Of a stretch of 64,000 bases of DNA, positions 54,986 to 64,000 are shown one piece after another. Under the pieces are notes generated by a model that was not told the origin of the DNA, did not search any database, and worked only from the letters and a program-made list of their open reading frames with translations. Each line of letters opens with the position of its first letter. Within the stretch, counting starts at the first letter, position 1. The stretch lies in NCBI RefSeq assembly GCF_009914755.1, contig NC_060929.1. One strand, 5' to 3'. The stretch is from the human T2T-CHM13v2.0 reference genome, Homo sapiens. Both the position numbers and the translations under genes were made by a program.

Positions 54986-55499
54986 TCTTGATCCTAATAA
55001 TGAATTTGTTGCAGGTGGGTTATATGTCATGTCCCAGGCTTCTCCAAGTCTCCAGAGAATTAAATACTCAGATAACTGGAAACCAATAGTATCTCACCAA
55101 AAATTCATAATAATAAAGCTAAATAGTTTGTTTTATCATCTGTACTTCAAAAGCCAAGTGGAAAAATACTACACCCATGATGATAAGTTAATACTTAAAC
55201 ATAGTGAAATGACTCAAGGCACATTTTATGAACGAGACTCAATTGCTCTTCAATTTAAGCAAGGGAAAATTTGTTATGGAAAAAAATATAGCCAGCACAT
55301 TTTTGTTTTAAAAATGATACTATTAACTTTTGGTAAGCTGATTATCTGTCCCTTAATATTATCTTACACTTCCCACAACATTGCCACGTGGCAACCCTGG
55401 TCAACTGAACCTATAATGCTTGCTCTAGATAGGATATCAAATATGTAGGAATGAAACTTGTTACTGCTTCAAGGGTAAAAACATTCCAGTATAGGATTA

Positions 55500-56022
55500 G
55501 ACTGGGATGATAAGTGCTTTCTTGAGGTGAAGCACACTTTCCCACAACTATGACTTTGGACTTAGCCATGTGACTTGCGTGAGCTATAGAAAGTGACCAT
55601 ATTCCAATTCCTGGTGGAGGCTTTAAGATACATCCTGTGGTCTTAGCCAAGCTCTATGGACTTCTGCCTTTTGCCATGAGAAGAGCATGCCACAGCAATG
55701 GCTACTCCTTTTGGCTGAGTCCTAAATAAGAAGACACAGAGAACTTAGCAACAGAACTGGCTACATAATTTATGAGACCCAGTGAAAAATAAAAACATAG
55801 GGCCTCTTGTTCAAAAGTGTTTTAAGACAGTGACAGCAGAACATTAAAACAAATGCAGTACTCTCCTTAACACAGGGTCCTATGTGACCATCCTGGTCAC
55901 ATGCCTATGAAGAGTCCCAGCTGAGCTCCAGCCTTCACGTGATATGAGCAAGAAATAAATGTTTGCTGTTGCAAGCCATTAAAATTTTGGAGCTATTTGC
56001 CATAGCAGAAGCTAACTAATAC
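55500..56022 (+). mobile_element. MLT1H/I-like MaLR LTR
   Basis: GACTTTGGACTTAGCCATGTGACTTGC...TGAGCAAGAAATAAATGTTTGCTGTTGCAAGCCA...GCAGAAGCTAACTAATACA. Confidence 0.7.
55752..55920 (-). mobile_element. MER45A (hAT-Tip100) inside the MLT1 LTR
   Basis: CAGAACTGGCTACATAATTT...GGCCTCTTGTTCAAAA...GACAGCAGAACATTAAA...GGTCACATGCCTATGAAG. Confidence 0.75.
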
Positions 56023-56590
56023 AGCAGATAGCTAAAATGAGTAAACTAAACAGCTGTAAGCGTGTTTGTTATCATGGCAAACTGGAGGGCCGATGTCCCA
56101 TCCAAGGCAGGCGGCAGCTAGATGGTTCCTGCTCACAGTTGCCCTGAGAGCATGCACCACTTTCCAGGGTGTTCCTCCGGTGCTACAGTGCTCCCTGTTT
56201 TTAAACAGTCAGTAGTAATCCACATTTTATGTGAAATATCTCCATTTTAAAATATAGGTAACTTATTTTTTTAAGATGTTATGTAGGAATAACAAAATAT
56301 TCTGCTTTCCAGATCTTCTTTATCATTAAACCATGTAATTTCAATTCTGGTATTATTTGTTGGTATAAACATAAGATTGGTGAAGACTGTGAGGAGTTGA
56401 AATGACCACTGTATTATATTCTACCAATGTACAAGTGGCTTCCTCAATAGCCAGAGCTTATTCTTCAGGTAGTGAAGTCATAGGCTAAGAGGAGAAAATC
56501 ATCATCTGAAATCTCATGCAGGTAAACAGACTTGGCCCCTGAATCCTGAACTAAAGATAAAAGGGGCTTTCATGGAGTTTAAGAAAAGCT

Positions 56591-56887
56591 GACTGGGCAC
56601 GGTGGCTCACACTTGTAACCCTAGCACTTTGGGAGGTTGAGGTGGGGAGATCACTTGAGGTCAGAAGTTTGAGACCAGCCTGACCAACAGGGTGAAACAC
56701 TGTCTCTACTAAAAATACAAAAGAAAAAAAAATAGCTGGGCATAGTCATGCATGCCTGTAATCCCAGCTACTCAGGAGGCTGAGGCACAAGAATACTTGT
56801 ACCCAAAAGGCAGGAGGTTGCAGTGAGCTGAGATCACGCCACTGCACTCCAGCATGGGCTACAGACTGAGACTCAAAAAACATAAAT
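56591..56887 (+). mobile_element. AluS (Sx/Sz-like)
   Basis: GATCACTTGAGGTCAGAAGTTTGAGACCAGCCTGACCAAC, with flanking direct repeat AAAAGCT(GA). Confidence 0.88.
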
Positions 56888-57029
56888 AAAAGCTGAGAGA
56901 ACATAATAAAATATGCACTTTAGTCAGAACAAAGTCAGAGAACTTACTACTCCAACAAGCAATTCTATTTCTCTAACACACAAGCACACACACACACGCA
57001 CACACACTTTATTTCACAGGAGTTTAAAT

Positions 57030-57320
57030 AAAGCTTGACTTGAATTTTACCTCAGTCACCTTTATGACAAAGAATGTGACAACATTCTTTGTGGGGTCAC
57101 AATTTTCTCATTAAAAGATAGTGATTTTAATAGAACCTATCCTATAGGGTTGAAGATTAAGATACTGCCTGTAAAGTTTTTAGCACTCTACCTGCTACGC
57201 AGTGAAGTTATCTATTATTTTTATATTGTTGGTGGGGATGCCATCTGATTTTACTCACCATGTGTATCTAAGCTCTAGGACAGTGCCTATCATAGATATT
57301 TAATATTTGTTGAATGTAAG
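57030..57320 (+). mobile_element. MIR plus L2 3' relic
   Basis: AATAGAACCTATCCTATAGGGTTGAAGATTAA and AGTGCCTATCATAGATATTTAATATTTGTTGAATG. Confidence 0.55.
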
Positions 57321-57469
57321 TAGTCAATTTTGTCCCAAAAAGCAGTTCTACCCAATTGAAATCTTACTAGCTATTGTGAGAAATGCAGAGCTAGCGAAGT
57401 CAAAGCTATAGCTAATATTATTTCACCTACTGAATATAGATTCAATATATTCAAATATTATTGACTCTA

Positions 57470-58822
57470 TTTAAGAGAGCCATTTCCTCCCCGATTGCTA
57501 ATAAATAGAACTCCAATTTTATTCAGCAGTCAGACAGATGGCAATGTGCTCAGCAAAGATGAGCCCCTCCTTCCACACCACGGGATGCATTTTGATTGGC
57601 TTAAACTTTGATTGCTCTAAACCAGTGGTCATGATTTCCATTCTCTCTGCCAGCAACTGGTTTAGGACAGGCATGTAAATCAGTTTTGGCTAATGAGACA
57701 TTAGAGGAACTCTACTGGTAAGCTTTGGGGAAATCGTTTCTTCCCAGATTAAAAACAGGCCTGTAAGGAGGTGGGGGGGTCAGCCCCCCGCCCGGCCAGC
57801 CGCCCCATCCGGGAGGGAGGTGGGGGGTCAGCCCCCCGCCCGGCCAGCCGCCCCGTCCGGGAGGGAGGTGGGGGAGTCAGCCCCCCGCCCGGCCAGCCGC
57901 CCCGTCCGGGAGGTGAGGGGCGCCTCTGCCCGGCCGCGCCTACTGGGAAGTGAGGAGCCCCTCTGCCCGGCCACCACCCCGTCTGGGAGGTGTGCCCAAC
58001 AGCTCATTGAGAACGGGCCAGGATGACAATCCCGGCTTTGTGGAATAGAAAGGGGGGAAAGGTGGGGAAAAGATTGAGAAATCGGATGGTTGCCGTGTCT
58101 GTGTAGAAAGAAGTAGACATGGGAGACTTTTCATTTTGTTCTATACTAAGAAAAATTCTTCTGCCTTGGGATCCTGTTGATCTGTGACCTTACCCCCAAC
58201 CCTGTGCTCTCTGAAACATGTGCTGTGTCCACTCAGGGTTAAATGGATTAAGGGCGGTGCAAGATGTGCTTTGTTAAACAGATGCTTGAAGGCAGCATGC
58301 TCGTTAAGAGTCGTCACCACTCCCTAATCTCAAGTACCCAGGGACACAAACACTGCGGAAGGCCGCAGGGTCCTCTGCCTAGGAAAACCAGAGACCTTTG
58401 TTCACTTGTTTATCTGCTGACCTTCCCTCCACTATTGTCCTATGACCCTGCCAAATCCCCCTCTGTGAGAAACACCCAAGAATGATCAATAAAAAATAAA
58501 TAAATAAAATTTTTAAAAAAAAAAAAAAAAAAAAAAAAGAAAAACAGGCCTGTAGAGGCACTAGACTTGTCATCCCTCCTCAAATATTGACCCCTGGGGA
58601 ACTGCGTTTGGCACCATGGCAACCAGCCTGGGTCCTTGAGGTGTAAAGCAAGAAATTCATAGAAAAAAAAAATCCAAGTCCACAATTATTGAGCAATTAA
58701 ATTGTTATATTGCAACTGTTAGCTCCAAACTTCTATTAAATGAGATTACAAATGTTTTACTGTATAAGTCAATCTTAGTTGGTTGTTCTATTTCTTGGAA
58801 ATTCAAAACATCCTAATTGATA
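57470..58822 (+). mobile_element. Old MLT1 (J/K-like) LTR split by the SVA
   Basis: CTAATAAATAGAACTCCAATTTT...GGTTTAGGACAGGCATGTAAATCAGTTTTGGCTAATGAGAC on the left and TTAGTTGGTTGTTCTATTTCTTGG...CATCCTAATTGATA on the right. Confidence 0.6.
57766..58539 (+). mobile_element. SVA, 5'-truncated within the VNTR (young D/F lineage, F-like diagnostics)
   Basis: Three ~48-49-bp GC-rich VNTR units, complete SINE-R, AATAAA and poly(A). 15-bp TSD AAAAACAGGCCTGTA at 57751-57765 and 58540-58554, with a canonical TT/AAAA site. Confidence 0.97.
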
Positions 58823-58829
58823 TCATAAT

Positions 58830-59200
58830 CACTATCTTGCTAAAGCTTTCATTCCAGAGGATAGAGACAGGTACATGGAGAATTATTGTGTAACATATGA
58901 AGTCACAGGAGGGGTAAAGCTAAAATGCTGAGAAAGTTCAGGGGCAGGTACAATTACTTCCAGTTGCTTTGTTTGTCACTGGTTGGGAAGGAGTGGAGAG
59001 ATAGGGTCAAATGGAAAAATCAGGAAAGGCAGTATGTCCAAACTAGCTTTTGGAATGAAATCTGAATGATGGGTAAAATTTCAATACACCAAGATGATGT
59101 ACTTGTAGGTTGATAATACAACAGAAGCAAGACATGGAGGGAAATACGTCTTGTGAAATAAATGCATGGATGACATAGATGTGATGGATTACTAGGGAAT
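58830..59200 (-). mobile_element. L2 fragment
   Basis: AAATGCTGAGAAAGTTCAG...AATCAGGAAAGGC...TGAATGATGGGTAAAATTTCAA. Confidence 0.45.
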
Positions 59201-59689
59201 ACAACAGCATTTAAAAAATAAACAGTTCATAACTAGAGCTGCCCAAAGGGATGAGCTACCTCATGGAGTAGGAACACTAGAGATATTCATACTGTAGAAG
59301 CATGGCCTCTTTTCATAGATGAGAGAATTCCTGCTCATTGGAATCGATAAGAACTTAGGAATTCTACAACTTGGAGGGTGATTCTACCATTTGAGGTTGA
59401 CATTAAGGAAGACAGTTGTTGTCTAACAATATGTCCACATGAGAGACAAAATCTAGAAACGAATGGTTCATGGGCCTGATTAGGAATTAAAACTCAGGTG
59501 ATGATAGGCTCTTCTGAAGTTCTCAGACATCTGAGTGAGGGCCCAGTAGCCATGTTGGGTTTGGGTCTTCTCAAGTGGTTCTTATGCTTAAATCCTAATC
59601 ATGTAAAGGTTTGAAATCCATGTCATAAAACAAATAACCAACTCCACAGAGTTATGAAAGAAGATTAAGTAGCACTGGTCCCTATTGGC

Positions 59690-59900
59690 ATGACATAGTG
59701 GATACACATTGTGCTTAGAGTTAAAATGGCCTAAATTTCAAATCCTGAGTCTGCATCTTACAAGCCATATAACACAGAATAAGATACTTAACTTTCCTTA
59801 GCTAATCTATTCAAGGGAAGACTGGAGATAATGCTGACCTTAGCTTTCTGTGAGGTGAATAAAATAATTATGTGTACATGAACATTAAGTCCAATGAGTG
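59690..59900 (+). mobile_element. MIR relic
   Basis: TTCAAATCCTGAGTCTGCATCTTACAAGCCATATAAC...ACTTAACTTTCC...TGTGAGG. Confidence 0.6.
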
Positions 59901-60939
59901 ACCTCTAAGAAACACTCTGTGGTTCTTAAAGGAATGATGGGATAAAATAATAATCTGGATATTCACAAGAATATAAGAACTTAGTTTAGTTTAAAAATGA
60001 AAGAAAAAAATGACATTGATTGGAATCTAGAAAAAAATCATTTCCCAGATAAAAATTCCAATTCTCTCCAGCATTGAGAAAATAATAGGCATACCAAGAA
60101 AGCTTTTTTTATAAGAGAATTTTGTCATTGAGATTTTAGTGATAACACTGAAGAAGAAGAAAGAAAACAGGAGGAGGAGGAAGAAGACAGCTGGCATGCC
60201 TTGAGCACATGTGGATTGCACTATGCTAAAGAATTTATATATGAAGAGTGCTACTACTACTCTCTTGGGTAAGCACTATTACTGTCCACGGTACATAAAT
60301 GAAAGAAAATTGGCTTAGAAATTAGTAACCCCTCCAATAATGAATAAACTATGATTCACAATCCACTACACAACTGCTCCCCTGCTACGAGATCCTAAGC
60401 TGAGACTTGTATATTTTCAGTCATCAACTCCCAGTGTCCCTTCCAGCTATAACATTCTGTGACTCTATGTATTTTAAAAGATTTCTCTCTGCTGCAAATA
60501 TAGCTTCAGGTGCCAGATATTTTTTAATCTCCACAGAAACTTGACTAAAAGGAAAAAAATGTATATAAACATATTTTCTTTTTAAAATTTAGTCACTTGT
60601 GTTGTGCTTACAAATTACATCCATCCATTATTTTATGCACAAACTAAACCAAACCTTCAAAACCAGGGAAAGAGTAACAACACTGACGTGCACTAAGAAA
60701 ATTTGTAAATCCAGGTCTCTCTGCGGGTGATTAAATTGCTATTTAAAAACCATTTAGTACCAGGCAGCTCCAGGAAAAAATAGGAATATGTGAAATAGAT
60801 GGGTCATTTCCCCCTCTCTATAATCTTTCATGCTGCATCTACTGAATGTTTCTTTATTGAGGCATTAGATATGGAGACGCTCATTAAAAGAGATAAGAGA
60901 TTTGGGCTTATTTTTAGATTTTACTTCATAAGTATGTTG

Positions 60940-61135
60940 AGCCTGGTAGTAAAATAGGATTTAGAGTAAGACAGCTGTGGATTTGAATCCTGGCTCTGTT
61001 TCTTGACTATCTATGTGGCTTTGGGCACAGCTGTAAAATGAGGTTTGCCATAGTTCCCGTATCTCCAGGAGAATGTGGGGATTAAATGAGATAATAACAT
61101 ATAAAGTGCCCACTAGATAGTGGAGACAATATTAG
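60940..61135 (+). mobile_element. MIR
   Basis: TTAGAGTAAGACAGCTGTGGATTTGAATCCTGGCTCTG...GGATTAAATGAGATAATAACATATAAAGTGCC. Confidence 0.75.
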
Positions 61136-61156
61136 CTGTTAAAAATGGGAGACTTT

Positions 61157-61828
61157 CTCACACCAGTCAGAATAATGATTATTAAAAAGTCAAGAAACAA
61201 TAGATGCTGGTGAGGCTGTGGAGAAATAGGAATGCTTTTACACTGTTGGTGGGAATGTAAATTACTTCAACCTTTGTGGAAGATAGTGTGGTGATTCCTC
61301 AAGGATCTAGAGCCAGGAAAATCATTAGACCAAGCAATTCCGTTACTGGGTATGTACCCAAAGGAATATAAATCATTCTACTATAAGGACACATGCACAC
61401 GTATGTTTATTGTAGCACTATTTACAACATCAAAGACTTGGAACCAACACAAATGCCCATCAATGATAGACTGGATACAGAAACTGTGACACGTACACAC
61501 CATGCAATACTACACGGCCATAAAAGGGAATGAGATCATGTTCTTTTCAGGGACATGGATGAGGCTGGAAGTCATCATCATCAGCAAACTAACACAAGAA
61601 CAGAAAACCAAACACCTCATGTTCTCACTCGTAAGTGGGAGTTGAACAATGGGAACACATGGACACAGGGAGGGGAACAACACATACCAGGGCCTGTTGG
61701 GAGGTTGGGGGTGAAGGTAGGGAACTCAGAGGATGGGTCAATAGGTGCAGCAAACCACCATGGCACATGTATACCTATGTAACACATCTGCATGTTCTAC
61801 ACATGTATCATGGAACTTAAAGTAAAAT
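61157..61828 (+). mobile_element. 5'-truncated L1PA8A-like element
   Basis: ORF2 end plus the short 3'UTR GGGAACTCAGAGGATGGGTCAATAGGTGCAGC. TSD AAAAA(T/A)GGGAGACTTT at 61141-61156 and 61829-61844. Confidence 0.88.
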
Positions 61829-62613
61829 AAAAAAGGGAGACTTTAGTCAGGCTTGAATCAATGTTTTAAAAGAAAATGTAGCAGTATGAGATAAGGAAAA
61901 ATGTGCACAAGAAAGGGCAGCAGGAAGAATGTGTTGTTCTTTGAGACTGGTGAGAGGGGGGTGCCCAAGGGTGTTGGTGTATAGATAAATATGGAGGTAG
62001 AGGAGAGGACAGAGCACTTCTGAGGGCCTCCACTTCATGATGACCAAGGGAGCAGAATAATCAGAGAACAGTGAAGGGAGTGAGGATCAAATAGGGACCT
62101 TGTGCTAAGAGGTGAAAGTACAATAATTGTTGAAGTTAGTGGGAGAACAGAAAAAATAAAAGGATTTGCTGGCAGCACCTGTGGCTGATCTGAGATGAGA
62201 GGCTGTGAGTGTGCAAGGGTGCCAGCATCCACAACCATGTGATGATTTCACAGCAAAACCTGGCCTCCTGGATATGCACAGAGAGAAGTAGAGAGCAGCA
62301 CAGATCCAGGACTAGAATATTCTTTTTTTTTTACATTAAAAAAATTATTTAGCTATTTTCAAACATCACGAATATATAACATGAATACGTATGTAATCAT
62401 AATCCAGTTTTAACAATCCTCAGCATTTTGCCAATCTTGTTTCTGTTGATTGCATTTAAAGCATTATGATACTTTTATAGTTGGCTCTATAAAAACTCAC
62501 AAGACTTATCATGTCTGAGAGCTTGCTTTATGAACATAAATCCAAGTATCAAATGGTCATAAGTCTCATACCAAAGAACAGAATAGAAGATAGCTCTGTG
62601 AAACAGTAATGCA

Positions 62614-64000
62614 TTTTTTTGTTTGTTTGTTTTAATTATACTTTAAGTTCTGAGATACATGCGCAAAATGTGCAGGTTTGTTACATAGGTATACATGTGC
62701 CATGGTGATGGTTTGCAGCAACCATCAACCCGTCATTTACATTAGGTATTTCTCCTAATGCTATTGCTCCCCTAGCTCTCCACCCCCCGACAGGCCTACG
62801 TGTGTGATGCTCCCCTCCTTGTGTCCATGTGCTCCTATTATTCAACTCCCACTTAAGAATAAGAACATGTGGTGTTTGGTTTTCTGCCCCTGTGTTAGTT
62901 TGCTGAGAATGATGGTTTCTAGCTTCATCCATGTCCCTGCAAAGGACATAAACTCATCCTTTTTATGACTGCATAGTATTCCATGGTGTATATGTTCCAC
63001 ATTTTTTTTTCCAGTCTATCATTGATGGGAATTTAGGTTGGTTCCAAGTCTTTGTTTTTGGGAATAGTGCTGCAATAAACATGCGCATGTGTCTTTATAG
63101 TAGAATGATTTATAATCCTTTGGGTATATCCCCAGTAATGGGATTTCTGGGTCAAATGGTATTTCTGGTTATAGGTCCTTGAGGAATCACCACACTGTCT
63201 TCCACAATGGTTGAACTAATTTACACTCCCACCAACAGTGTAAAAGTGTTCCTATTTCTCCACATCCTCTCCAGCATCTGTTGTTTCCCAACTTTTTAAT
63301 GATCACCATTCTAACTGGCGTGAGATGGTATCTCATTGTGGTTTTGATTTGCATTTCTCTAATGACCAGTGATGATGAGCTTTTTTTCATGTTTGTTGGC
63401 TGCACAAATGTCTTCTTTTGAGGAGTGTCTGTTCATATCCTTTGCCCACTTTTTGATGGGGCTGTTTTTTTCTTGTAAATTTGTTTAAGTTCCTTGCAGA
63501 TTCTAGATATTAGCCCTTTGTCAGATGGATAGATTGCAAAAATTTTCTCCCATTCTGTAGGTTGCCTGTTCACTCTAATGATAGTTTCTTTTGCTGTACA
63601 GAAGCTCTTTAGTTTAATTAGATCCCATTTGTCAATTTTGGCTTTTGTTGCCATTGCTTTTGGAGTTTTAGTCATGAAGTCTTTGACCATGCCTATGTCC
63701 TGAATGGTATTGCCTAGGTTTTCTTCTAGGGTTTTTATGGTTTTAGGTCTTACGTTTAAGTCTTTAATCCATCTTGAATTGATTTTTGTATAAGGTGTAA
63801 GGAAGGGATCCAGTTTCAGCTTTCTACATATGGTTAGCCAGTTTTCCCAACACCATTTATTAAATAGGGAATCCTTTCCCCATTCTTGTTTTTGTCAAGT
63901 TTGTCAAAGATCAAATGGTTGTACATGTGTGGCATTACTTCTGTGGCCTGTTTTGTTCCATTGGTCTATATATCTGTTTTGGTACCAGTACCATGCTGTT
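62614..64000 (-). mobile_element. L1PA7-like element, continuing beyond the window end
   Basis: (TTTG)n tail, ATTATACTTTAAGTTCTGAGATACATG 3'UTR and antisense ORF2 (track ORFs 63187-63405 and 63433-63690). Confidence 0.92.

Noticed and set aside
57766-57910. ~48-bp GC-rich repeats as a CRISPR-like array or CpG-island promoter
   Set aside because: There are no unique spacers. This is the SVA VNTR, bounded by SINE-R, poly(A) and TSDs.

Overview
This is AT-rich, CpG-poor human genomic DNA (intergenic or deep intronic). The species call rests on a diagnostic AluYb8 and a young SVA. I find no supportable host protein-coding exon, RNA gene or CRISPR array, and the long ORFs in the track are L1 ORF2 remnants or translations of Alu, SVA, LTR or microsatellite sequence. 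Well over half of the window is transposable element: six Alus plus one 5'-truncated Alu, one 5'-truncated SVA, five primate L1PA pieces, an ~15 kb stack of nested old L1M elements (35-50.5 kb), a two-LTR MST MaLR provirus, many solo LTRs, DNA transposons (Tigger7, MER82, MER2, MER58A, MER5, MER81, MER45A, half-MADE1s) and MIR/L2 relics. I see no new multi-gene biological system. The most unusual signals are mechanistic. (1) A tail-less L1PA2-like insertion is both 5'-inverted and 3'-truncated, has a perfect 15-bp TSD and shows microhomology at both ends (double internal priming). (2) Neighbouring L1 copies of different subfamilies share non-consensus variants, suggesting local gene conversion. 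(3) Two templated-insertion scars sit at TA microsatellites. Subfamily names come from recalled consensus sequences, not from a search, and boundaries of old repeats are approximate.
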